A program made the translations under genes and the position numbers. The notes beneath the pieces were generated by a model. That model was not told where the DNA came from. It was given only the letters and a program-made list of their open reading frames with translations, and made no database searches. DNA of 64,000 bases from positions 248,001-312,000 of the IMG/VR virus record IMGVR_UViG_3300028840_008185; one strand, written 5' to 3'. Below are positions 46,723 through 55,963 of the stretch, one piece after another (positions within the stretch are counted from its first letter, which is position 1; each line of letters opens with the position of its first letter).

Positions 46723-47559
46723 TTATTCTTTTTCCCCTTTAAAATTGAGCGGCGTGCTTGCGGTGTCTGCCTTATTATAACCAGTTGGATTTCCAGAGGC
46801 TGCATCGAAAGTGGCCGGTGAACGGTGCCATGGCATGAAGTTGCTTCTGACTCCTCTTCTGTCAGTTACTATAAATTCCATAGTGTAGTTAAACACTCCC
46901 ACTCCATTTGAAACTTCCTCTCTAACTTCAAATGATTGAAAATATCCCTTAAATATCCAGCCCTGAAAATATAGCTCCACGGCGACAGCCAGGGAGCCAA
47001 GTGTGGGAAGCAGTGGTGGATTTGCTGAACCACCGGTCAGAGTGCTTAGTAAAGTGCTTCCTACAGCGCCTATGCTCCCTTGGTTGGCATCCTGAATAAG
47101 ACCACTGATAAAACCTCCGGTAGTGACTTCGTTAAGCCTATCAGCTAGAGTTTTTTCTACTTGTTGGAAAGCATCTTGTTCAGCCCTATATACTTTGCGC
47201 AGAACATTAATGCCTTCGATTCCAGAGGCCCCAGTGCTCCCACCAATAGAAACAGTAATAAGTTCCTCTCCCCAATACTGTATGACGTAGCCACCCTTTG
47301 TTCTCTGCTTTTGAATTACCTTGGCTTCTCTAATATTCATATTCTGCGGGTTGATATACATATCCACAAAGCCCAGACCAGGCACTCGCCAACGAATAAG
47401 TTGCCGATTTCTTCTACCCAAAGGGGTTAGTGGGTTGGAGCTGATAATATCTGGAACTCTTGCTGGCCCCTCTCTAGATACGGGGTCTCTAAGCTCTTTG
47501 TTGTTTAGTGGGTCGGCTGACGGATCATTTTGAACCTTGTTGAAAATATCCCTTACCAT
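46723..47559 (-). CDS. Tail tube initiator / baseplate-tube junction protein
   Basis: MYINPQNM..., QRTKGG...QYWG, FKGYFQSF...FNYTMEF tube-like fold pattern; immediately after the tape measure gene. Confidence 0.65.
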   Translation of the reverse strand: MVRDIFNKVQNDPSADPLNNKELRDPVSREGPARVPDIISSNPLTPLGRRNRQLIRWRVPGLGFVDMYINPQNMNIREAKVIQKQRTKGGYVIQYWGEELITVSIGGSTGASGIEGINVLRKVYRAEQDAFQQVEKTLADRLNEVTTGGFISGLIQDANQGSIGAVGSTLLSTLTGGSANPPLLPTLGSLAVAVELYFQGWIFKGYFQSFEVREEVSNGVGVFNYTMEFIVTDRRGVRSNFMPWHRSPATFDAASGNPTGYNKADTASTPLNFKGEKE

Positions 47560-49662
47560 TTACTCCTGCCTCCCTAAAGTCATTTTGTAGGACTGTTCTT
47601 GAATCTGCTGCGCTCCCTCACCACCAATAATTCTAATAAGGAGAGTATTGGTAGTTCCTCCAGCTTCCTCGGTTGTAGGAGGTGTTGCACTTGGGCCGCC
47701 ACGAGCAGCTGCGCCAGTAGGACGTGTCTGCACCTCCAGCCAGTTTTCAAATGAAATATCTTTAATTTGCTGGAGCAGCCGAATTTTTCTCGCATCGCCA
47801 GAGCGAACCGTGGTTGTTAATGCTCTAAATGTAGGTGCTGCTGGGGCTCTTCCCGCAACTCTGGCTCTTAATGTTGGTCTTCTTGGGGCTCTTTGAGCTG
47901 CTCTGGCTCTTAATGTAGGTCTTGCTGGGGCTCTTTGAGCCGCTCTTCTTGTGGCTCCTGGCACTCCTGGGCCTTCTCTTATGCCTCTCATAACTCTTCT
48001 AAACGAATCAGTTATGCTCTCTCGTGGTCTAGCCACTCGTGTAGGAAGCGCCCTTCTAGGAAAAGCTGGAACATCACGACCAATCAATCTTGTCAGTCCA
48101 GACATCCACATGCCAGTTTGTCTTAAGCTCCTGCCAGTCTCCGTTTCTGCTGCACCTCGGGCTATTTGTCCCATGCCTGTTACTCTGTCAGGTTGCTCAC
48201 GAAGCGCCTCATCTATTTTTTCGATACCCTCGTCCATGCCCTCTCCGCCAACCATAGCTCTTAGATGCTGCTCCATGCGTTGTAGGGTTGTAAGCGACCT
48301 TTCCTGAATGCTTTTGCCAGTATCAAATGCTCTTTTCATAGCGTCAGTGCCTTCCACTTGAGACATGCCGCCACTCTGCACTTTGTTCAATACTTCAAGT
48401 ATTCTATTTTGCTGCTCAGCAGTTCCCTGAATTCCAAGCTTACCAAGCATCTGCCTCTGCAAAAGGAACTGTTGCTCCATGCCAGGCTGCCTTACTGCTT
48501 GCTCCAGAGTAATAATTCTACCTCCACCAAACCTAGAAAGAGTTCGCGTCAGGTCTTGAAGCTGCCTATTCATTCCACCAGGCTGCCTCATCTCAAGCTC
48601 CATCCTTAATGCACCGGCCAAGGCTCCTCGTCCACCACCTCTGCCGCCCATCATTGAAACAAACGCACGTTGCTGGACGCTCATTTTTGCTATTCCGCTG
48701 GTTACTTGGTTTACTATACCACCGATTTCTTTGATTGGAACACCACCACTTCTCAAAGCAGTCGTGAAGGTTCGCCATACAGTAGCCGCGCTTGCAGCAC
48801 CTCTGCCAAAAATAGCTAGGCTGTTGCTAGCTCGCATTATCTGTTCAGTGGCTGTCTTCGTATCCACTCCAGTATCTTCCGCCGCAGCAGCCATTTTCCC
48901 CATTGCTCTAACAGTTTCGGGGATTCTTTGACCAAAATTTGTCCAGGATCTTGCGGCCATACGACCAGCTTCGCTAGAACTGAAGCCCATGCCTCTCATA
49001 GCAGTTGCTAGAACTGCTGTAGGTTGAACTGATGCTGTAGCTATACTTCCAAGCTCTTTAAACTCGCCTCTAGTCGCTATTAGAGCCCCTGGAACTATCC
49101 TGGCTTGTTTGTTCATATCGTCTAGCTGTTTGGTGGTAATCCCAAAAGCCGAGGCCATTCTACGCAGAGTTTGAGGATATGGGGTCGCTGCCGCCATGGT
49201 GTCTTTCACAGTTCCACCAAACAAGGCTGAAGCCTCACGGGCAGTCATCTGGGCTGTGCGCAGAGCCAATATAGCTTGGTTTGCTGGACCCAACACTTTT
49301 CCATAATTACCAAGTGTTCCCAATGGATCAGCTAATCGTCGGCCAAGCTGAGTAGTCATTCCGAGGACGGGAACGATATTGCCAACCAACCTCTTGAACA
49401 TACCTCCAACAGCATCGCCCACACCCTGCAAAGGACCAAGACTTGTAGTGAGACTGGAGGCGACTCTATTACTCGCCGCCAAAGCCTGGTTTGTCCCAGC
49501 AGCGGCTTGGGCAGTCCCACCAAAAGCAGTGCTCAAGCCACCAAAGGCTATTCCCAACTCGGCAGCTTTGGCCTTCAGATCGTCCATGGTAATCAAACCA
49601 CTTTGAAGATCTGTAAGCGCCTGCTTCATTTCAGCTATTTTGGTGGGATCAATTTCAGCCAT
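47560..49662 (-). CDS. Tape measure protein (700 aa)
   Basis: Ala/Gly/Gln/Met-rich helical composition; canonical position after tube and frameshifted chaperone genes. Confidence 0.72.
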   Translation of the reverse strand: MAEIDPTKIAEMKQALTDLQSGLITMDDLKAKAAELGIAFGGLSTAFGGTAQAAAGTNQALAASNRVASSLTTSLGPLQGVGDAVGGMFKRLVGNIVPVLGMTTQLGRRLADPLGTLGNYGKVLGPANQAILALRTAQMTAREASALFGGTVKDTMAAATPYPQTLRRMASAFGITTKQLDDMNKQARIVPGALIATRGEFKELGSIATASVQPTAVLATAMRGMGFSSSEAGRMAARSWTNFGQRIPETVRAMGKMAAAAEDTGVDTKTATEQIMRASNSLAIFGRGAASAATVWRTFTTALRSGGVPIKEIGGIVNQVTSGIAKMSVQQRAFVSMMGGRGGGRGALAGALRMELEMRQPGGMNRQLQDLTRTLSRFGGGRIITLEQAVRQPGMEQQFLLQRQMLGKLGIQGTAEQQNRILEVLNKVQSGGMSQVEGTDAMKRAFDTGKSIQERSLTTLQRMEQHLRAMVGGEGMDEGIEKIDEALREQPDRVTGMGQIARGAAETETGRSLRQTGMWMSGLTRLIGRDVPAFPRRALPTRVARPRESITDSFRRVMRGIREGPGVPGATRRAAQRAPARPTLRARAAQRAPRRPTLRARVAGRAPAAPTFRALTTTVRSGDARKIRLLQQIKDISFENWLEVQTRPTGAAARGGPSATPPTTEEAGGTTNTLLIRIIGGEGAQQIQEQSYKMTLGRQE
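47822..47947 (-). repeat. Three in-frame 42-nt tandem repeats encoding RAAQRAPARPTLRA-like units
   Basis: Units start at 47822, 47864 and 47906. Confidence 0.9.
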
Positions 49663-49674
49663 TTACTAGAAACC

Positions 49675-50087
49675 TCACATAGGAGTAAATTTAATATCGT
49701 CCAAATCCATATTCAAATAAGGATTAAGCTTCAATCTTTCCTGTTCTTTCAGCAATTCCACAGGATCCATTTCCTGTCTATCTTCTTCTCCGGGAAGTTC
49801 TCTGCCAAACATTTGCTTAACTATGTGGCCGAAGTCTTCGTCTCCTGTCTTGTATGTATTATCTCTTGCGTCCCTTACTTCTTGGACACCTTCAGGATTG
49901 GAGAACATAGCGTTATATTCAGCAACGTCCCTCATAAACTCGTGCTTTTCTTTTTGGTCTTCAATAACCTGAGCCTGATACCAAGCCCATTGACTTTCGT
50001 TAATGTCTCTAAACATTTCGTGATCTACAGGCACCCGAAACGTTTTGCACAGTTGCCACCGGAGCCGGTGCCATTGCTCCGTGGCTA
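49675..50087 (-). CDS. Tail assembly chaperone, -1 frame extension (gpT-like part of a G-T fusion)
   Basis: The frame of ORF 49675..50034 is open upstream to the slippery site and reads LATEQWHRLRWQLCKTFRVPVDHEMF...; no obvious RBS in front of the GTG at 50034. Confidence 0.75.
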
Positions 50088-50094
50088 GTTTTTT
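50055..50094 (-). other. Programmed -1 ribosomal frameshift signal (A AAA AAC plus downstream stem-loop)
   Basis: X XXY YYZ heptamer at 50094-50088 directly before the TAG; followed by GCCACGGAGC-n10-GCTCCgGTGGC, which can pair. Confidence 0.8.
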
Positions 50095-50543
50095 ACTTCT
50101 TCCGCAGCATATTGTTCATCGCACCGTTTGGTAATTTCATCATAAAATTCGATCAATTTTCCAAGAACGGGACTCTGCATGCTAGCGAGTATCTCCATTT
50201 TCTTAGTGATGGGATCCCCTTCTGGCTCGGGATGCATGGTTTCCAAAGAAACACCATTAGCAGATATTATTGAGCTTGCCAACACCCTAATGTTAAACTC
50301 AAATAGTTCTTTAGCGTCTGGAGTTTCTTTATTCAATAGAATCTGAGAAATATCCAGTTTCTCTTTCTCACCAAGACTCCTCATAACAAAGGTCGTCCCG
50401 GCAATCTCTACCGAATCTTTTACACACCCCAGCTCAATAAGAGATCTGAGGTCAGCCACTCTGGGCTCCTCTTTTGGTTCTTCTTTCTTTTGTGCTTGGC
50501 TTGGATTGGAATTTCCAAAGACATTGTGCTTCAAATCTGTCAT
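50085..50543 (-). CDS. Tail assembly chaperone (gpG-like)
   Basis: 152-aa acidic protein between tube and tape measure genes, ending GTA AAA AAC TAG. Confidence 0.75.
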   Translation of the reverse strand: MTDLKHNVFGNSNPSQAQKKEEPKEEPRVADLRSLIELGCVKDSVEIAGTTFVMRSLGEKEKLDISQILLNKETPDAKELFEFNIRVLASSIISANGVSLETMHPEPEGDPITKKMEILASMQSPVLGKLIEFYDEITKRCDEQYAAEEVKN

Positions 50544-50639
50544 TACACACCTCTTCTAGTATTTGCCGAACGGCAGGTTATATTGTGAATCAAATAACAT
50601 AAAGGTAGGATAGTTTTCATCTTAGGTTTAAAGGGAGGG

Positions 50640-50669
50640 AAAACGGCGGGGAGAAAAATCTCCCCGCCG
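50640..50669 (-). terminator. Rho-independent terminator after the tube genes
   Basis: Minus strand CGGCGGGGAGA-TTTT-TCTCCCCGCCG-TTTT, a perfect 11-bp stem. Confidence 0.88.
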
Positions 50670-50684
50670 GATACTAACACATTC

Positions 50685-51320
50685 TTACGCGTTTTCTGTA
50701 AATGTCTGGTTAATCAGGTCGGCAACATCCAGAGTTCCTCTGAATCCGCCACCACCACCGGAACCACCGGAGCCACGGTCAGTAGCACGCTCACGTTCGT
50801 TAATCTGGAAGTTAATCCCACGAGCGCCGCCCTGAGCAGCGTTGGCCTCACTGCCACCAACGGTAGAGATAATGTCTTCACAGTATATAGTGGCCTCTTC
50901 TTGAATGATGTAGTTCTCAGATCTATAAGCTGGGTTGTAACTGTTAAACCAGCAGTTGACCAACTTATGTGTTACAGCTCCCTCATTTTCACCATTCGTT
51001 CTGTCGATGATTTCAATATCGAACGGAACGAGCTGAGATTTAATGTTGATGAAACCCCTGGCAAAAGCCTCAGGTAGCCTTAGTCTATCGAACACAATAC
51101 GAGTCACTCTAACCTCATATGTAGTGGCCTGGTTGGGGACAAGTTCCAAGACGCCATCGAGTCCAACTTCTCTAACTCTCTCTATGTTTCTAGTTTGAGT
51201 GATAGCTAGATTTTGGATTGCTCCAACAGTCTCAGTCCCAACCTTTACGATTATTTGAGTGCTCAGGCCTGTGCTAATGCTACTGGTTAGCGTTGAACCT
51301 GAAGTTGGGTAGGTAGCCAT
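50685..51320 (-). CDS. Tail tube protein, paralogue 2
   Basis: Downstream of the sheath; VGAIQNL.I.Q.R....VRE.G, PFDIEIIDR, NCWF..Y tube-like motifs. Confidence 0.78.
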   Translation of the reverse strand: MATYPTSGSTLTSSISTGLSTQIIVKVGTETVGAIQNLAITQTRNIERVREVGLDGVLELVPNQATTYEVRVTRIVFDRLRLPEAFARGFINIKSQLVPFDIEIIDRTNGENEGAVTHKLVNCWFNSYNPAYRSENYIIQEEATIYCEDIISTVGGSEANAAQGGARGINFQINERERATDRGSGGSGGGGGFRGTLDVADLINQTFTENA

Positions 51321-51347
51321 ATTATTTGTTCCTCCAAAGAGTTTTTA

Positions 51348-51974
51348 TTATGATAAACTTCCACCGAGTCCAGAATTGATCATATCGGTAAACGACATAC
51401 CGGCAGAGTCAAGCCTTCCTCTTATGCCCTTAACGTCTGTATTTCTTTCAATTGTATCTAGATCAAATGCTATGCCGCGCTTTCCACCTTGAGCTGCGCT
51501 TATAGCACCTCTCATTGTCGTAATATATTCACAAGCTAAATCAGACTGTTCCATGATGAGAAAGTTTTCTGATCTAAATGTGGGGTTATAGGTTTTGAAC
51601 CAACAGTTATTTAGCGTGTGGACAATGGCATCACCAATCCCTAGACTATCGCTTCTGTCTATAATATCGATATTGAAAGGTATTCTTTGAGATTGAATAT
51701 TGATAAACCCTCTGGCAAAAGCTTCTGTTATTCTTAGACCATCAAACACAAGTCTTTGTACTTGAACACTAATCTTAGCCGCTCCCTTGGGGTGAATCTC
51801 AATAACACCATCCGTCCCAATTTCCTCCCAGGTGTGCATTTCCCTATTTTGCTGAATGCTCAGGGATTGAACTGCGCCCACCGTGGTCGTGCCCACCTTT
51901 ATTGTTATTTGGGTGGACAGACCACTTTGGATCTCCGGGACTAAGAAACTTCCAGAATTGGGATAAGTCGCCAT
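51348..51974 (-). CDS. Tail tube protein, paralogue 1
   Basis: Directly follows the sheath; colinear with the next gene (MATYP.SGS, GLSTQI, EAFARGFINI.SQ, NCWF..YNP..RSEN). Confidence 0.78.
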   Translation of the reverse strand: MATYPNSGSFLVPEIQSGLSTQITIKVGTTTVGAVQSLSIQQNREMHTWEEIGTDGVIEIHPKGAAKISVQVQRLVFDGLRITEAFARGFINIQSQRIPFNIDIIDRSDSLGIGDAIVHTLNNCWFKTYNPTFRSENFLIMEQSDLACEYITTMRGAISAAQGGKRGIAFDLDTIERNTDVKGIRGRLDSAGMSFTDMINSGLGGSLS

Positions 51975-51988
51975 ACACTATTACTCCA

Positions 51989-54535
51989 TTAGAACAGGCC
52001 CACCGAGATGTCGATGAAGATCCAGTTTACTGGGTAGTTAGGCTGCACTTCAACCACGATGTTCCATTGTCTTGGTTCCACCTCATCCCGACCAACGGAA
52101 AGGTTCCTATAAGCCGTGATGTAGTTCTGTGAAACGAAGGCGTTAAGCAATCCCAGAGCCCTTGAAGTAAGAGATGGAATAAGCGTTGGATCTTCGGGCT
52201 GGCCAATGAACGCCTGGAAGCTACGACGCATCGTGCGAGCGATCTGGTCACGAATGAAGACAATCGACATTTCCTCTTCTTCCGGGAATCCGCTCTGCGT
52301 AGTAGTCTTAGCGTGTTGCACTCTTGCGCCGCCAGCGACTGGCTGAAGCACTGCAATACCAGCATCGCCTAGCTTGTTAAGTTGATTTTCTGTAAATAGT
52401 TTGTCATTAAGAATTGTAAAGCCTACAAGTGTCTTGTAGGTTAGTGGCATAGCTATGTTAGGCTCACCAGCAACTCTACCACCTGCGGCAGCAGCGATGT
52501 AATAACCAGGCAACGTAGTGCGTGAACCACTGATTACCTTGACAATTTCATCGGGATAGAAATACATTACCCTAAATGAATCTCCAAATGCATCAGCTAC
52601 GCCGTAGTTTGCAAGGTCTTCAATGTTGGAATCCAAGATTTCCTCTGGATCATCTCCCTGAATCCCCTCAAGAATTCCAATATCCTCAGGCGCGGCAAGT
52701 TCGTTTCCAAGCACTTGCTCGACAGTTAGGGTTTCTAAAGATCCCGTAAACAACAGCCTCTCCCTTCTGTAATAGGTTGAAGACATGCGGTCTACGTGAA
52801 CTCTAAATGCCTGTGTGATTGCAGAGAAAGTCTGTGCTGGAAGTGGAACAAGAATCTGTGCATCAACGGTTTCCAGAGTTTCCAACAATTCTGACCAATT
52901 GGCATCAAAGAAATCAGCATCTTCTACGTCGATGTAAGTAATTCTTAAGCCTCGTCCTGCTGCTAGAGCCAAGTCAGTCGTGAACAGAACTCTCTGTGAA
53001 GTGTCGCTTGGTGTGATAAGCTGCCATTTCAGATTGCTTTCCGTAGCAAAAGAACCTGCAGTTCTTTGAATCACTACAGTTGTGGTGTCCGTAACAGAAA
53101 TAATATCGAATCTTCCGGTGTTTGCCGCGAGCGCATTCACCAAGTCGATCTGTCTGTTGTTGGTTACATCTGCCTGAGTGAAGTTCCCAGACAAGCTAGT
53201 GAAAGTGGCTGTGGATCCGACTCCGATAGGAGCAAGAGCACCATCGGTAGAGGTCTGAATAATTCTATCGTCGGAAACTACCGTGTAGCTAAATGGATTA
53301 CCACTTTGACCAGGATCCATGAACCGCGCCATTAGAAGCGTTGAGCTTCCCGTTTCCTCATAGTTCGAGAAAGCCGCTGTAATATCAGCGTCATAGAAAG
53401 TAACCTTGTTTGGGAAGATCTGATCTTCACTTCCGTCAGTGTTAATCATGAAGAAGTGAACTTCTGTATCTGTGTCTGGAAATCCAGGAGCCGTGATTGC
53501 GAAAATCAAATCCTCCGCATTGGCATTACCAGTTGCCCCACCCTGGCCAGTAACACTATTAAGTGCTGGGAGAACAATTTCGGAGGTTCTCCTTGGGAGC
53601 GGAGGTTTGGCTTGCACAGCTAAAACTTCTGTTGCTCCATTCTCAAAGGCCATTTGGGCACCTAAGGATAAGGCATTATCCTCACTTGGATTTCCGTGTT
53701 TTTCAAATAGTTTCTGTGGATCGGTGAAAGTTTCGGGGTCATTGATGTCTAGAGTCGCAATGTAGCGAGCTTCTAGCTGATCTCCCACTTGTAAAACACG
53801 ACTCTGTACTTGGATGGTGAATTTATCTCCAACATCAAATGGCTGGCCCGGAGCCGGGTTAAAAATAGCGAAGGAAATTATGCCGTTGCTTACGGCTGTG
53901 CCATCGCTTTTCCACAGATAGGGCTGGCCATATTCATCAAGAATTTGACCGCTTGTGGTTCCACTGACTGAGAAAGTGGCTTGGCCGCGTCTTGGAGCGC
54001 CGTAGCTGTCCCTGAGGACGCTAGAGCAGCGAACCGTCCAAGTTTCACCAGGGGCATTACTGTCTATTAGGGTTGGGGTGGAAAGATAACCATCACCAAC
54101 ATTAGTAGATGCCGCTGAATAGTACTGGCCTCCAAGGTCTACCAACGAAGCGCTTTGAAGCTCAATCTCTCCTGTGGTTGGATCAAGTTTAGCATCATAC
54201 ATGGTTGAGAAGCTCGATCCATCAATTGTTCCTTCAATGATTCTCAATTCAGCGCTGTTTAGAAGCAGAGTAGATCTATTTTCAACCAAGGGGTAGGTCG
54301 CAGTACGGAAGAACCGCCCGTAACCTTCGGTAGGCGTGGTGCTGAAAGTTGGATCAAACCCGTCAGTTCCATCACCAACGGCAGAATCAACAATCACTTC
54401 CTCACGTCTTCCTTCACCTTGTATGCTCAATATTCTAAGCCCGCCTGGGATAGAAACAGCACGAGTTAGAGTTCTCACTCTTGTTCTAACAGAAGGCTGA
54501 ACATAGCCAACAATTCCGGGGATATTAGGACTCAT
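51989..54535 (-). CDS. Contractile tail sheath protein
   Basis: SLGAQMAFENGA, HVDRMS...RRER, AAAAGG, PLTYK, LNKLGDAGIAVL, TT...EE.SIVFIRD, FIGQ, VEVQPNYPVNWIFI; start at ATG 54535 with GGAGG RBS. Confidence 0.9.
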   Translation of the reverse strand: MSPNIPGIVGYVQPSVRTRVRTLTRAVSIPGGLRILSIQGEGRREEVIVDSAVGDGTDGFDPTFSTTPTEGYGRFFRTATYPLVENRSTLLLNSAELRIIEGTIDGSSFSTMYDAKLDPTTGEIELQSASLVDLGGQYYSAASTNVGDGYLSTPTLIDSNAPGETWTVRCSSVLRDSYGAPRRGQATFSVSGTTSGQILDEYGQPYLWKSDGTAVSNGIISFAIFNPAPGQPFDVGDKFTIQVQSRVLQVGDQLEARYIATLDINDPETFTDPQKLFEKHGNPSEDNALSLGAQMAFENGATEVLAVQAKPPLPRRTSEIVLPALNSVTGQGGATGNANAEDLIFAITAPGFPDTDTEVHFFMINTDGSEDQIFPNKVTFYDADITAAFSNYEETGSSTLLMARFMDPGQSGNPFSYTVVSDDRIIQTSTDGALAPIGVGSTATFTSLSGNFTQADVTNNRQIDLVNALAANTGRFDIISVTDTTTVVIQRTAGSFATESNLKWQLITPSDTSQRVLFTTDLALAAGRGLRITYIDVEDADFFDANWSELLETLETVDAQILVPLPAQTFSAITQAFRVHVDRMSSTYYRRERLLFTGSLETLTVEQVLGNELAAPEDIGILEGIQGDDPEEILDSNIEDLANYGVADAFGDSFRVMYFYPDEIVKVISGSRTTLPGYYIAAAAGGRVAGEPNIAMPLTYKTLVGFTILNDKLFTENQLNKLGDAGIAVLQPVAGGARVQHAKTTTQSGFPEEEEMSIVFIRDQIARTMRRSFQAFIGQPEDPTLIPSLTSRALGLLNAFVSQNYITAYRNLSVGRDEVEPRQWNIVVEVQPNYPVNWIFIDISVGLF

Positions 54536-54584
54536 TATACAATCCTCCAAAGATATTATATATCCTTTCAGGAATATGTTTGAT

Positions 54585-54657
54585 TATTGATAGATATTGG
54601 AATATCAACCGCTTATGGTATATCGGGCAATAAAAGAATTGTTGTTTACTATCAATA
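54585..54657. promoter_or_regulatory. Divergent promoter region with two oppositely oriented CTATCAATA motifs and a GATATT-GG-AATATC inverted repeat
   Basis: Motif on minus at 54585-54593 (toward the sheath) and on plus at 54649-54657 (toward 54684); inverted repeat at 54593-54606; AT-rich intergenic region. Confidence 0.55.
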
Positions 54658-54683
54658 TAAATTCATTTTGTTGGAGGTGAAAG

Positions 54684-55184
54684 ATGCCGGTGTGTAAAAA
54701 TTGTGATGAGAAATTTCCTAATAAAATCAAAGAGAATGGGCATACATACAGCCTGGCAGGCAGGAAGTTCTGCCCCAAATGTAGCCCAATAGGTGGTAGA
54801 AACACACGTACTTACATAATTGAAGTTGAGGAGGGAAAGGCATTTTGTGCGCGATGCCAAGACATCAAGAGCATAAAGGAGTTCTATATCCGCAAAGAAA
54901 ACGGCAAACCTTTCTCATACTGCCGAAAATGCCAAAAAGAAATTAAAGACTTGAAATTACAAGAGAAACTTGATAGAATAATAGAAGAAAGAAGCGGCGC
55001 GTGCTGCGATTGCGGCACCATGCTGCCTCCACCCATTTATGAGTTCTACAAAGATGGAAAGACATATCATATCAGTAGGGCGAAAAATATGTCTCTACAA
55101 AAGCTTAAGGAAGAATTAAGAGATCACTTGATGCTCTGTAAGAACTGTTGTGCGCTTAGAAAATGGGAATTAGGGAATGGGTAA
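54684..55184 (+). CDS. Multi-zinc-finger protein derived from an HNH endonuclease, apparently lacking catalytic His
   Basis: Six CxxC motifs; GACCDCG...EF...IS...S...LKEEL....LCKNC matches a phage HNH family, but EF-HH reads EF-YK and NCH reads NCC; GGAGGTG RBS; the only convincing plus-strand gene. Confidence 0.75.
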   Translation: MPVCKNCDEKFPNKIKENGHTYSLAGRKFCPKCSPIGGRNTRTYIIEVEEGKAFCARCQDIKSIKEFYIRKENGKPFSYCRKCQKEIKDLKLQEKLDRIIEERSGACCDCGTMLPPPIYEFYKDGKTYHISRAKNMSLQKLKEELRDHLMLCKNCCALRKWELGNG

Positions 55185-55952
55185 GGTAAGCACGCCATCC
55201 TCAAACATAAGAACCGTCACATCCGTAGAAAATCTTGTCCCACCCAACAAGCCGTAATTGAAACAGAAATTGATTGTATCCGCTATGGCATTTGCGTCTA
55301 CTGGAATCTCACGACGCCATTCGCTATATGTATCAACTGTGATGCTCTGTAGATAGACCTTTTCATTGCCCCAATCCTCTTCTCTTTCGCCACCCATACT
55401 CACTTTGTTGATGTGCAAGCCTGCCTCGTAAAGTGGCTGGCGTGCTGCTCCAATAAGGAAAGAAGAGACAATATCGGTAAGTTCTTCTCTATCGGGCGTG
55501 CTTTCCGCAGCTATTTGAACCTCAAAGCTTTGATTCCAAGCGCCCGCTATAACCTTATGAGTGGGAACTCTTACGAAAGAACGATTCCCATAACCATCCA
55601 AAACCAGATCTAACCTATATTTGTTTGTGAAGTTTTGGTTGAAGCTCACAGGATTGTATGTTCCAGATGAATGGCGAACCGTGACTGCTGGCCAAAATCT
55701 CTTGTCCAGGCGATAGATGTCCCCGATATACATGCGTGTGGTGCATTCGTTCTGAATATCTGGAGGTAAATCGGTGACGTTGGGCGTAAGCGGAAAGCCA
55801 AAGCCGTCTGATGTATAGCGATACAGCGTGTCCTGCTTGAAGTGCTCGCGCAAGACATCTATGAGCAGATTCTTACCCTGAGAAACTGCTACTTGCCTTA
55901 CAAAGTCTTCAAGAGCAAATAAATCGCTATAGACGCGATGACTAGTTGCCAT
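55170..55952 (-). CDS. Probable tail terminator / neck-completion protein
   Basis: Upstream of the sheath; WPAVTVR...FEVQIAAESTPDREELTDIV pattern is typical of gp15/gpU-like terminators. Confidence 0.55.
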   Translation of the reverse strand: MATSHRVYSDLFALEDFVRQVAVSQGKNLLIDVLREHFKQDTLYRYTSDGFGFPLTPNVTDLPPDIQNECTTRMYIGDIYRLDKRFWPAVTVRHSSGTYNPVSFNQNFTNKYRLDLVLDGYGNRSFVRVPTHKVIAGAWNQSFEVQIAAESTPDREELTDIVSSFLIGAARQPLYEAGLHINKVSMGGEREEDWGNEKVYLQSITVDTYSEWRREIPVDANAIADTINFCFNYGLLGGTRFSTDVTVLMFEDGVLTLPIP

Positions 55953-55963
55953 TTAGGATCTCC

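Noticed and set aside
22241-55952. Interpretation as a chromosomal extracellular contractile injection system or tailocin
   Set aside because: No capsid genes are visible and there are two tube genes. However, the linked DnaB, DnaC-like, SF2 helicase and HNH genes, the G/GT-type frameshift, the absence of an Afp15-like ATPase and the lack of host housekeeping genes fit a large phage better. Head genes probably lie outside the window; this cannot be proven here.
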